Shown: positions 45,357 through 54,791, numbered from the stretch's first letter. The stretch is 64,000 bases of DNA from Candidatus Eiseniibacteriota bacterium (GCA_043810925.1 JBDRNT010000036.1:1-64000); one strand, 5' to 3'. The notes: a model not told the origin generated them from the sequence alone. Numbers and translations: made by a program.

Positions 45357-46226
45357 GTGAATCGCACGGTTCTGGTTGGCCTGTTCATCCTTGTGTTCAT
45401 GGTGGCCTGTGGCCGGGACCGGGACCGTCCTGAGCCTGTAGCCGCCAACATCACCTGGTATACGTCGATAGATGAGGCGGAACTCGACGCCCAGCAAGAC
45501 GGAGACCTCATGTTACTCAGTTTCGGGGCGTCCTGGTGTCCATGGTCAAGACTCATGAGAGAAAGCCTTTTTGTGAATAGCGCGGTAGTCGAGTCACTGG
45601 CCTCTGTCCGGTGCGTGGGAATCAACATCGATCGAGACACCAGCCTCGTTCGGGAATTCGGCGTAGTCCTCTATCCGACCGCAGTTGTGACGGACGCCTA
45701 TGGAGGCGAGATCGGCAGGATGACCGGGTACCACACGCCTGAGGAGTTCCTCGCACGGCTGACCTGTCTCAGGCAGCGTGAGGATGAGCTCGCCGGCATG
45801 TTCAAACAGGAAGAGACCCTGGCCAACGATCCTACTTTCCTCATCGCTTTCGGGAAGTTCTTGGTCGAGATGGGGATGTATGACGGAGCACTGATAAGGT
45901 TTGACCGGGCCACACAGATTGATGAGGATGACCGTTTCGGCACGCTCGAGGAGGCCACGTATTCACTTGCGGAGTGTTACATGCTCGACCACGAGTACAA
46001 GGAAGCCGCGCGCAGGTTCCGGCTGTTCACCGGGGAATATCCCGGCAGCGACAGGGCCGAGCAGGCTGCGGTCCTTGCCGCACTCTGCTATCAGGAAGTC
46101 GACTACTACAAAGTGGCTACAGAAATATACGAGGACTATCTGGAGACCTTCCCGGACGGCGAGTTTGCTCAATTCGTGAGGGCGAGGATTGACAGCCTGG
46201 AGGCGAGGAAACAAAACGGAAGCTGA
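45357..46226 (+). CDS. Lipoprotein with a thioredoxin-like domain (WCPWS) and TPR repeats
   Basis: GTG after GGAGGAG, lipobox MVAC, FGASWCPWS, YPT cis-Pro loop and TPRs. Confidence 0.85.
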   Translation: MNRTVLVGLFILVFMVACGRDRDRPEPVAANITWYTSIDEAELDAQQDGDLMLLSFGASWCPWSRLMRESLFVNSAVVESLASVRCVGINIDRDTSLVREFGVVLYPTAVVTDAYGGEIGRMTGYHTPEEFLARLTCLRQREDELAGMFKQEETLANDPTFLIAFGKFLVEMGMYDGALIRFDRATQIDEDDRFGTLEEATYSLAECYMLDHEYKEAARRFRLFTGEYPGSDRAEQAAVLAALCYQEVDYYKVATEIYEDYLETFPDGEFAQFVRARIDSLEARKQNGS

Positions 46227-46303
46227 TTTGTGCTTTTCTCTCGCCTCGGTCATGACGATATGATACAATGTGCGGCGTCTAAGTAACTGAAGGGAGACAT
46301 ACA

Positions 46304-47167
46304 ATGATTAAGTGGATATCGATCACCCTGCTACTCGCAGTCCTGGTCTCAGGATCAGCATCCGGACTTGAGAAGAGACCCTTCTTGATGAAAGAGGACT
46401 ACGGCATCGAAGCATTGACTGAGTGCACTTTGCAGTATTACTACTATATTCCCTGCCCCACGTATTCATGGTTCTGGGAGATGACCGGCTGGCAGCCCGG
46501 TGATATCATCGGGCAGCTCTTCACCGTCGGAGACACGCCGACAGGCGGCTACGTTCCATGCGATACGGTGGCTTGCTACACGTTGACAGGTGTGAGAGTG
46601 CTTGATTTCGCGGGCTACGGCGTAACCTATCCGGGCAGTTTCACTGTCGAATTCGATGTTTACTGCGCCGGTGCGGACGGCTGTCCCGTCGGCCCTTCCC
46701 TCTGGAACAGCGGTCCGGTTGAGACCCAATTCAGCTGGAATGAGATACTCATTGATCCGCCGCTGGATCTGAGTGGTTGCTATATCCATGCAGGCCCGCC
46801 TGCGTCAACACCGAGGTTCCTCGTAACTGCGACTCATACAGGTACGGACGGTACCTACCCGGCCTGGGGTTTCGATAACGTCGGTACAGCAGTCATTGAT
46901 GGCTGTGCTATGCATGCCTTTGGCTGCCTCCCAGCCCTCTATCCGAGGCCGTCTGTAAGCCACTATCCAACCATGCGCTCAGGCTTCTACGGTGAGAACG
47001 AAACGTTCGAGTATTGCCCGCCTGAGCGTTTCGTTGACGGAGCGGACACCACCTTTGATGCCAGGGTGTACGGCCTGGTTGAACTCGCCTGGCGAGTCCA
47101 ACTCGATTGCGACCCCAATGCCACAGAGGAGACAACCTGGGGCAAGGTGAAGTCACTCTACAGATAG
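46304..47167 (+). CDS. Uncharacterised secreted Cys/aromatic-rich protein, paralog 1, with TWGKVKSLYR tail
   Basis: Signal peptide; shares QYYYYIPCPTYSWFW and RVLDFAGYG blocks with the genes ending at 48224 and 53468. Confidence 0.88.
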   Translation: MIKWISITLLLAVLVSGSASGLEKRPFLMKEDYGIEALTECTLQYYYYIPCPTYSWFWEMTGWQPGDIIGQLFTVGDTPTGGYVPCDTVACYTLTGVRVLDFAGYGVTYPGSFTVEFDVYCAGADGCPVGPSLWNSGPVETQFSWNEILIDPPLDLSGCYIHAGPPASTPRFLVTATHTGTDGTYPAWGFDNVGTAVIDGCAMHAFGCLPALYPRPSVSHYPTMRSGFYGENETFEYCPPERFVDGADTTFDARVYGLVELAWRVQLDCDPNATEETTWGKVKSLYR

Positions 47168-47209
47168 GGCTGAGCCTGTCCGGGATTCAGATCTAACGCG
47201 CCCTGGAAC

Positions 47210-48085
47210 GTGACCATGCGATATGGCATCATAGTCAACCCCGCAGCCGGCGAAATACAGGTCGATGAGAAGCGAAATATAGTTGAGAGATGCGCCTCCA
47301 TCCTAGGCATCGGGACACTGACTGCCGGCTGGGATGCCGGGACGGCCGGCGAGCTGTGTGACTGTGCTGCAGAGATGGCGGACCGGGTTGACGTCCTCGT
47401 GGTCGCGGGCGGTGACGGGACTCTATCGGACGTAATCAACACCATCGACGGACAGACCGTGCTTGCCTACTTGCCCCTGGGATCGGGAAACGCCTGGCGA
47501 AACACGCTTGGTCTGCCCCGGTCGCTTGAGAAGGTTGCAGAGAGAATTCGCGACGGCAAGATACGCTTGATCGATCTCGTACTCTGTGATGAGACACGCA
47601 AAGGCCTGCTTGCGAGTGTCGGGATCGAGGGCCATGCGCTGAGCGAGCGCGAAAAACTGCTTGAGCAAGGTGTCACCGGGTTTGACGCATACTTCAGAGC
47701 TACCACGAAATCGCTCTTTGGGGGTTTCAAGGGCGAAGACGCAGACTTGACGATCGATGGCGAACCGCACAAGCTGGTCACGGCCTTATCACTCGTCGTC
47801 ACCAAGACTCCCTTCTATGGCTACGGCTTCAAGGTCGTGCCAGGTGCGAAACTCACCGACGGTCACCTCCATCTCCTTCTCGTAAGCGGCGACCCATCGG
47901 CGGCGATCTCAGGCCTTGTAACCTCACTCCTTGGCGGTAACAGAGTCGGGCTCTACACGACCTGCAAGGAAGTCTCGCTCAGGACCCGCCAGGAGCTCCA
48001 CCTGCAGGTGGACGGTAATCTCGTAAGAGAGGGCACCGACTTCAGCTTCCGCATCCTCCCCACCGCCCTCCAAATGAAATACTGA
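47210..48085 (+). CDS. Diacylglycerol/lipid kinase family protein (YegS/DgkB-like)
   Basis: IVNPAAG, AGGDGT, PLGSGN, YGYG and QVDG motifs. Confidence 0.9.
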   Translation: MTMRYGIIVNPAAGEIQVDEKRNIVERCASILGIGTLTAGWDAGTAGELCDCAAEMADRVDVLVVAGGDGTLSDVINTIDGQTVLAYLPLGSGNAWRNTLGLPRSLEKVAERIRDGKIRLIDLVLCDETRKGLLASVGIEGHALSEREKLLEQGVTGFDAYFRATTKSLFGGFKGEDADLTIDGEPHKLVTALSLVVTKTPFYGYGFKVVPGAKLTDGHLHLLLVSGDPSAAISGLVTSLLGGNRVGLYTTCKEVSLRTRQELHLQVDGNLVREGTDFSFRILPTALQMKY

Positions 48086-48190
48086 TGGGGTCAGGCTTTG
48101 ATTTCTGGAATCGCGAGCCCTGATGGAGCCAGGTCATGAAATGTAGCGGCGCGTCACCTGTGGTGGCAGGGAGTGGTGACGGGGAGTGCC

Positions 48191-48215
48191 GTAGTGGCGG
48201 GGCTCAGCGCCCGCC
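48191..48215 (+). repeat. REP-like palindrome
   Basis: GTAG-T-GGCGGG-N8-CCCGCC; the stem change relative to the 13160 copy is compensatory. Confidence 0.55.
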
Positions 48216-48223
48216 GAGTCTTC

Positions 48224-49156
48224 CTACTTGAAGAGGTTCTTGATCCCGCCCCAACTGGTCGGGAATGGAGACTCTTGATCCAGTCAGGGAGACTCACAAT
48301 ACAGGTAAATGCGCCATGCTGCCTCAGCGAAACCGTACCAGCAAAGCGCACCTTCACTGGCGTGCTTTCCATCGGGAATCCCAAGTGGCGGCAAGTGCTC
48401 GAAGGCATGCCTTCCGACATAACCCGAGTGGGCGCTAGGAGCTTCGCCGCCCGGCCAGCCCCGCGGATACACTGCCGGCAGGCACCCTGAATCATGCATC
48501 TCACAGCCCAACTCCACCGCTGTTCCCACATTGTCGAAACCGAAAGCCGGGTAGACCCCGTTGGTGCCGGTGCAGGTCATTGTGACGATTATACTCAGGG
48601 CATCGAGCCCGGATTCATAGCAGTCGCCGATGTTAACTCCGAACCACTCCTCACCAATATCAAAGTAGTTCCAACCGAAACCCGTTTCGAGAGGCCTGCT
48701 GTTCCAGATGTGCTTCAGGGGGCTCAGGCTTGCGTCCGAACACCAGACATCCATTTCAATAGTAAATAGCCCCGGATAGTACGTGCCGTAGCCCGCGAAA
48801 TCCAGTACGCGAATCCCTGTGAGCCCGTGACAGTAAGTCGGATCGCAGGCATCGAAACCACCCGTCCCAAAATCACCAATCCTGAAGCAGGCACCTATCC
48901 TGTCGCCCGGCTCCCACCCGTACACACCCCAGAACCACGAATAGGTCGGGCACGGAATATAGTAGTAATACTGGAGCGGGCAGTCATAGCGGGGCTCGCC
49001 CCCGAAGTCCTCCTCAATCTGGTAGGGTTTGACCTCAAAAGGGTGAATGTCGCTCCAGACCTTCCGGGGCCGCACTTCAATGGAGCTCGCATCGGAGACG
49101 CAAAAGCACATCGAGGCGACGGCGAGCACCCAACCAAGTCTTAGGGCTCTCAACAT
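48224..49156 (-). CDS. Uncharacterised secreted protein, paralog 2; in-frame TGA at 48284-48286 precedes the SWGGIKNLFK tail
   Basis: The frame reads ...YLYCESP*LDQESPFPTSWGGIKNLFK*, and the TGA aligns with Cys in paralog 3. Confidence 0.85.
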
Positions 49157-49198
49157 CCTGAGTCAACCTCCTCAATCGTTACTGATCATAACAGAATC

Positions 49199-52100
49199 CT
49201 ATCGGAGAACCACCATCTTCGCCGTGGACGTTTTCGGTCCTGAACCAAGTCTCACAATGTAAACGCCGGGAGAGACGGCATTGCCGGAAAGGTTACGGCA
49301 GTTCCAGATAACCCGGTGGTCGCCCTGCTCACACCCGTCAATTTCCTGTTTCCATACCAGCCGGCCTGAAACGTCGAAAACCATGACCCTTGCAGACCCT
49401 GCCGAGGTAAGTCCGAATACTATCTCGGCTCTGTCGGAGACAGGGTTGGGCGCCACACGGTGGACACCGAATCCGAGCTCAGCGAATCCGCTCTCAGTAA
49501 CTGCCGCCGCGTCGACATCACCCTCCCAGGTCCTCATATAGACCTCTGTTTCTTCATCCCTGCCATCCGTCCAAACGATCGCCACCCTGCCGTGGGCATC
49601 GGCAGCCACAGAGGGCTTGGCGGCTTCTTTTACCGGGCTGACCTCGGTTACAGCAGACCATGCATCCGAGTAAATCCTATGCAAGATCGTGTTACCGCCA
49701 TAGTCCTCATATACCAGGTGAAATCTCCCCTTCCCATCGCCGCAAAGGTTGGGCAACTTGTCCCAGAGAGCAATCACACCGACGTCAGTCCAGGCTTCGC
49801 CGTCCTTAATCATGCCCAGGAGCTTGCATGTGTAGAAGTCGTCCCTCCATACAACCATAACGCGGCCTGAGTTGTCACAGGCACATGTTGCGGTCACGAG
49901 CTGTCCTGGCTCGCATGGCATTCTCTGGTTGCCGGACCACGATTCGCCATCGTAAACATCATAGTATATGTGGAAATCTCCCTCCCTCCTGTCCGACCAG
50001 AACACATATGTGTTGCCCAGACTGTCGGAAGCAGCAGTAGCATACCGCGAATTCACACCGATGTTCGTGATTCTCTCTTCCTCGATCCAGTCGGTGCCGC
50101 CCCAACGCACGCAGAATACCTCCCAGTGTCCATATCTGTTATCGTCATAGAAGACGAACGGGTTCCCCTCTGTGTCGACGGTGAGGCATGGAAACTCCGA
50201 GTCGACGCTGTCAGCGGGACTCAGGAGTTCATCCTCACTCCATGATTCACCATCAAAGCACTTGTAATAGACCTCCCAACTGCCATCGCGACTGTCATTC
50301 CAGCACAAATGGAGGCGGCCGTCGGGGCCCAGCACGATCGAAGCATCTCTGGAAATCCACGTGTCCGTCGTAAGCCTGGTCTCTGCTTCCCACGCGTTGC
50401 CGTCCCACCTGCGGTAGTAGATTTCGTAATTCCCGTCCCTGCGGTCGTGCCAGACTACATGCACCACGCCGTTGGCCTGTCTGGACACGGACCTGCAGTT
50501 GTTCCTCCCGGTCAGTGAGGCAGCGGGATCGGATGAGACTCTTTTCTCTACGCCCCATGGTGTCTCGTAAGTTGTGATAGCATCCAAGAGTACCGTCTTC
50601 TGTAGATCGGGGTTCTTGAGATGGAGGTCCCATTGCCCGGGAACCGCATTGTTCAACCTGAACCCACACTTGATGTGGGTAGACGACATCAGCTCAACAC
50701 TGTAGGCTATCTTGTCGCTTTCGCCGGCTTTCTCGAGCCAGACGGAGCAGCCCAGTCGGAAGCCTGTACCGAAGATATCCGCGGTGATGTTAAACGTGTT
50801 CGGGGCTCGAGCAGGATAGAAGCAGTTGATGGTCGGCGGGGGTCCCACCGTGGGAAGCCAGCAGCTGCAGCAGATCTCCCGATCTCCCCATCTGTCATCC
50901 TGCCATATGACATGGACGCTCCCCATCGGATGCACTGCGACCGATGGCATCTCGGCCTTGCCCGCAGACGTCGTCACCCGCTCAGCATCACCCCAGCCAC
51001 CACCACTGTTAACCATGCAGTAGATGGCATGTTCGATCGGTTGATGGAAGGGCATATGACGATCCTCCCACACGACATAGGCACATCCGTCACCGCCCAC
51101 CGCAATCGACGGGTTGAAAATGTCGGCATACGTGCTCATGATCTCTGTTTCCGGGCTCCAGCCCGCAGCATCCTTTGACTTGTAGTATATCGCTAGGTCG
51201 TCAACATCACGGGCATCGATCCAGACCAAATGGACTCTTCCATCGGGTCCTACACACAAGGAGGGTTCCCTTGAATCCCCTGGCTCTCCCGATCGCCGCT
51301 CGTCAGGACCCCACACACCTCCCTCGCATACCTTGCAATAGATCTCGTTGCCGCTGGGGCACTGCCTCTGCCATGCCACGTGGATGTCGCCTGCCGGAGT
51401 TACGTCCAAACACGGGTGTGTCTCGTAGCTCTGGGAGTCGGACAAGCGGGTGTCCTCGCTCCAGGCAACGCCGTCAAACCTTTTGTAGTAGATGTCATAG
51501 CGTCCATTGCGGCCGTCACTCCAGACCACATGAACCCGGGCGCTGTCGTCGGCTGCGACAGCCGGGTAGAGCGACATTCCCGGATCACGGGTCAGTCTCT
51601 CATCTTTCCCCCAGGCGGATCCGTCATAGCACTTGTAGAAAATCTCATAGTTGGTGGTTCTGTGCTCATACCACACGACGTGTACCCTACCCATTGCATC
51701 GGTGGCCACTGCAGGCTCCCACGTATTGCCGGAAGAGTGAGTCAAGCGCTCCGCAGGAAACCACCCGGATTCATCGCAGTGAGTGTAGTAGACCTGCCTG
51801 ATGCCGTCTCTCTCATCCATCCAGACAGCATGGAGGTTCCCGGAGGGATCGCAGTCGATACAGCGCCCCGCACTCGTGTATGATCCGCCCGGAGCATCAG
51901 TCAGCCTTGTGGCGTCACTCCAGAGCCTCGCGGGCAGAACCTCGATGGCAGAGACAAGCGTATCCGTCTGGCGGTAGGCGTTCCTCAGAATCAGATCCCA
52001 GCCCCCAAGCGCTGCATTACCGAGTCTGATGTCACAAGTGATGGAATCGCTCGAGTGTACGAGGATGTTACGTGCTTCCAAGTCGGACTCACCGTCCCTC

Positions 52101-53371
52101 TCGAGCCACGCCCTCACGGGATACACGAAACCTGAACCTGCGATGTCGGTGATGTGCACGGTCTCATTGCTGAACCAGCTCGACGGCTCAATTGACCAGA
52201 TCTCAAGATCTGGAATGTCTCCCTCGAACTCTCTCGTCCATGCTACTCCGTATGTGCCGCTATAGTTCTGATTCCAGACCACGTGGGCACATCCATCCCG
52301 GTCAGTCGCAATCGATGGATTTCTCACATCGCCCTTGGCTTCGCTGAGACATTGCGCCTCACTCCAGAATGTCCCGTCATAAACCATGTAGTAGATTTGG
52401 GCGGTACCGGTGTCCGTGTCACGCCACGTCACGTGGATGTGACCGCTGTCACCAACCGCTATCGAAGGATGTTTGGCCGCATTCTGAGACGTCGTAAGCC
52501 TCTCCTCCACCGACCACCCCGAGTGATCACGGCGCTTGTAATAGATCTCGTCGCTCCCGGAGCGTTCATCCGACCACACAACGTGCGCCACACCGAGCCC
52601 ATCCACCACGATGCACGCATCCTCCGAGCTCGAAGCGTCATCCGTCAACCTGGTATCCTCACTCCACGAGTCTCCATTGCGAACCTTGTAGTAGATCTCA
52701 TCATTGCCGTCCCTGGCGTCTCGCCACACGACATGAACCATTCCATCCGGCCCTACCGCGACGGACGGGTAGCGAGAATCCCCCGTGCTATCCGTCAGCT
52801 GCGCATCCGCACTCCAGCTCATTCCGCCGAACTTCTTATAGAACACTTGATGGTCACCGTCCCGGTCATCATGCCAGACAACGTGTACGTAGCCGCTATC
52901 ATCGCAGGCGGCGCTGGGGTTGCCCGAGATTCCATCTGCACTGGTCAGGCGCTCATCGGGACCCCAGGAGGCCCCGTCGAATCGTTTGTAGTAAATCTCC
53001 CAGTTCCCGTCTCGGTAGTCATGCCAGAAGACATGGATGTGCTCTCCGTGGGTCGCGATGCACTCACCCGAAGAACCACCCGAATCGAACGTTAGACGCT
53101 CGCGCTCCGACCAGCCGGCATCTTCGAGCTGCCGGTAACAGATTTCATAGTTGCCCTCAAGCATCGCATTGTACACGAGATTGAGTTTCCCATCCGGCCC
53201 AAATGCGATGTTCCGTCCACCACTGGGAGATGTTCGGGCAAGAATGTCGGTCACTCTGAGGTCAATGAACCAGCCCGCACAGGATGTAGAGGGCAATGCA
53301 CAGTTGAGAATCACCGCAGAACACATGACGAATGATGCGATTCGGCACAGCCTGAGGGTCGAAATTCCCAT
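49199..53371 (-). CDS. Large secreted repeat protein: three beta-propeller-like repeat blocks separated by Ig-like domains, with a C-terminal FlgD-Ig/T9SS-like domain
   Basis: About 18 repeats of P.(I/V)A.D..G.VHVVW.D.RDG..EIYYK..DG..WS...RLT and C-terminal PNP...SPGVY; ATG after GGAGG. Confidence 0.88.
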   Translation of the reverse strand: MGISTLRLCRIASFVMCSAVILNCALPSTSCAGWFIDLRVTDILARTSPSGGRNIAFGPDGKLNLVYNAMLEGNYEICYRQLEDAGWSERERLTFDSGGSSGECIATHGEHIHVFWHDYRDGNWEIYYKRFDGASWGPDERLTSADGISGNPSAACDDSGYVHVVWHDDRDGDHQVFYKKFGGMSWSADAQLTDSTGDSRYPSVAVGPDGMVHVVWRDARDGNDEIYYKVRNGDSWSEDTRLTDDASSSEDACIVVDGLGVAHVVWSDERSGSDEIYYKRRDHSGWSVEERLTTSQNAAKHPSIAVGDSGHIHVTWRDTDTGTAQIYYMVYDGTFWSEAQCLSEAKGDVRNPSIATDRDGCAHVVWNQNYSGTYGVAWTREFEGDIPDLEIWSIEPSSWFSNETVHITDIAGSGFVYPVRAWLERDGESDLEARNILVHSSDSITCDIRLGNAALGGWDLILRNAYRQTDTLVSAIEVLPARLWSDATRLTDAPGGSYTSAGRCIDCDPSGNLHAVWMDERDGIRQVYYTHCDESGWFPAERLTHSSGNTWEPAVATDAMGRVHVVWYEHRTTNYEIFYKCYDGSAWGKDERLTRDPGMSLYPAVAADDSARVHVVWSDGRNGRYDIYYKRFDGVAWSEDTRLSDSQSYETHPCLDVTPAGDIHVAWQRQCPSGNEIYCKVCEGGVWGPDERRSGEPGDSREPSLCVGPDGRVHLVWIDARDVDDLAIYYKSKDAAGWSPETEIMSTYADIFNPSIAVGGDGCAYVVWEDRHMPFHQPIEHAIYCMVNSGGGWGDAERVTTSAGKAEMPSVAVHPMGSVHVIWQDDRWGDREICCSCWLPTVGPPPTINCFYPARAPNTFNITADIFGTGFRLGCSVWLEKAGESDKIAYSVELMSSTHIKCGFRLNNAVPGQWDLHLKNPDLQKTVLLDAITTYETPWGVEKRVSSDPAASLTGRNNCRSVSRQANGVVHVVWHDRRDGNYEIYYRRWDGNAWEAETRLTTDTWISRDASIVLGPDGRLHLCWNDSRDGSWEVYYKCFDGESWSEDELLSPADSVDSEFPCLTVDTEGNPFVFYDDNRYGHWEVFCVRWGGTDWIEEERITNIGVNSRYATAASDSLGNTYVFWSDRREGDFHIYYDVYDGESWSGNQRMPCEPGQLVTATCACDNSGRVMVVWRDDFYTCKLLGMIKDGEAWTDVGVIALWDKLPNLCGDGKGRFHLVYEDYGGNTILHRIYSDAWSAVTEVSPVKEAAKPSVAADAHGRVAIVWTDGRDEETEVYMRTWEGDVDAAAVTESGFAELGFGVHRVAPNPVSDRAEIVFGLTSAGSARVMVFDVSGRLVWKQEIDGCEQGDHRVIWNCRNLSGNAVSPGVYIVRLGSGPKTSTAKMVVLR

Positions 53372-53467
53372 CGCAGCCTCCCCGGCCGGGGCATCAAACA
53401 TAGCCCGCATGAGCGATCTTACCACGTCTCCGCCATGCGAAGCAAGGTAGACGACCTGCACCTGTTC

Positions 53468-54415
53468 CTATCTATACAAGTTCTTGATCCCGCCCCAACT
53501 GGTCGGGGGTGTAGCAGCAGGCGACATGCAGGGTCCCCAACAGTGAAGATATATGCGCCACGCCGCCTCACTGAAACCGTACCACGACAAGCACCCCCGG
53601 TTAGCATGCTTCCCGTCAGGAATCCCACGAGGCGGCCAGTATTCGAAAGAGCAATTCCCAACATAGCCGGAGCGCACCGGTGCACCATCTCCACCAGCGC
53701 AGGCTCTTGGATACACTGCGGGCAGACAGCCTATGTCGTGCATCTCACAGCCTGTCTCAACAGACGTACCGACGTTATCGAACCCGACCGCCGGATACCT
53801 ACCCTCCACCCCAATGAAGGTCATCGTGACAATTATGCCGGGATACTCCGGGTCAGACTCGAAGCAGTCGTAGACCTCGATGCCGTCGCCCTCATTGACA
53901 GCAATATAGTCCCACCCGAAAGCCGTCTCCACAGGACCGCTATCCCAGAGAGGAAGAAGCGGGTTCTGGCTCATGTCCGAGCACCAGACTCCCATCTCTA
54001 TGGTGAAGAGACCAGGATAGTATGTACCATAGCCGGCGAAATCAAGGACTCTGATATGCTCAAGCACAACACAATCAAGTGGGTCGCACGGATCAAAGCC
54101 CCCGGTGCCGACATCACCAATCCTGAAGTGGGCCCCCAGCATATCACCTGGTTCCCAGCCATACACCCCCCAGAACCATGAATATGCAGGGCAGGGAATG
54201 AAATAGTAATACTGGAGGGCGCAATCATAGCGAGGTTCATTCCCGAAGTCCTCACTCATTAGGTAGGGTTTAACCTCAAAAGGATGGATATCGTCCCACA
54301 CCTTGCGGGGTCTCACATCGACGCGTGGTATCTCATCGACAGCCGATGCATATGAGGACCACAGACATAAGACAACAGCGGCCATAACCCAAACAAGCCT
54401 TGCAGCCCTAGACAT
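53468..54415 (-). CDS. Uncharacterised secreted protein, paralog 3, with SWGGIKNLYR tail
   Basis: Signal peptide; very similar to paralog 2, including an identical 28-bp stretch (48236-48263 and 53480-53507). Confidence 0.88.
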   Translation of the reverse strand: MSRAARLVWVMAAVVLCLWSSYASAVDEIPRVDVRPRKVWDDIHPFEVKPYLMSEDFGNEPRYDCALQYYYFIPCPAYSWFWGVYGWEPGDMLGAHFRIGDVGTGGFDPCDPLDCVVLEHIRVLDFAGYGTYYPGLFTIEMGVWCSDMSQNPLLPLWDSGPVETAFGWDYIAVNEGDGIEVYDCFESDPEYPGIIVTMTFIGVEGRYPAVGFDNVGTSVETGCEMHDIGCLPAVYPRACAGGDGAPVRSGYVGNCSFEYWPPRGIPDGKHANRGCLSWYGFSEAAWRIYLHCWGPCMSPAATPPTSWGGIKNLYR

Positions 54416-54507
54416 TCTCGCTCAACTCCTCTTCACAATCATGATACCACAACCGTGCAGGGAATTGAAGCAAGAACTGACCAGCGGCACAGGTGCGAGG
54501 AGCAAAA

Positions 54508-54582
54508 TGGTAGCGCCACGGGGAATCGAACCCCGGTCTGATGGCTGAGAACCACCTATCCTAACCCCTAGACGATGGCGCC
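54508..54582 (-). tRNA. tRNA-Glu (anticodon CTC)
   Basis: The minus strand reads GGCGCCA...TGGCGCT-ACCA, with anticodon loop TTCTCAG and GGTTCGATTCC T-arm. Confidence 0.96.
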
Positions 54583-54625
54583 ACCTACTATTTCGAGAAG
54601 ATATTTCAAGGACTTTCTGAAGGCT

Positions 54626-54655
54626 AAGATAAGCGGATGGGGGCCGGATTGTCAA
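54626..54655 (-). promoter_or_regulatory. Sigma70-like promoter of tRNA-Glu
   Basis: TTGACA-N18-TATCTT. Confidence 0.5.
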
Positions 54656-54683
54656 TAAATAAGTGGGAACCGACGGTTGGATT

Positions 54684-54744
54684 GCCGGGCACGGAGACCC
54701 GACACCATGGAGATTGCTTCGTCACTCCGTTCCTCGCGATGACA
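54684..54744 (-). repeat. REP-like palindrome abutting half of a second intergenic repeat type
   Basis: The minus strand reads TGTCATCGCGAGGAACGGAGTGACGAAGCAATCTC, resembling the widespread GTCATTGCGAG...GCAATCTC repeat, then TGG-T-GTCGGG-tctccgtg-CCCGGC. Confidence 0.55.
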
Positions 54745-54762
54745 TGGGGCGGAAGGTCGGGG

Positions 54763-54791
54763 TTGACGGGACGCGGGCTCTATATTATAGT
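54763..54791 (+). promoter_or_regulatory. Sigma70-like promoter
   Basis: TTGACG-N17-TATAGT. Confidence 0.55.

Noticed and set aside
48138-48153. AAATGTAGCGGCGCG resembling the tRNA-Glu 3' end, as a possible att site bounding 48.1-54.5 kb
   Set aside because: Short, with three differences, no integrase nearby, and equally explained as a degenerate GTAG REP start.
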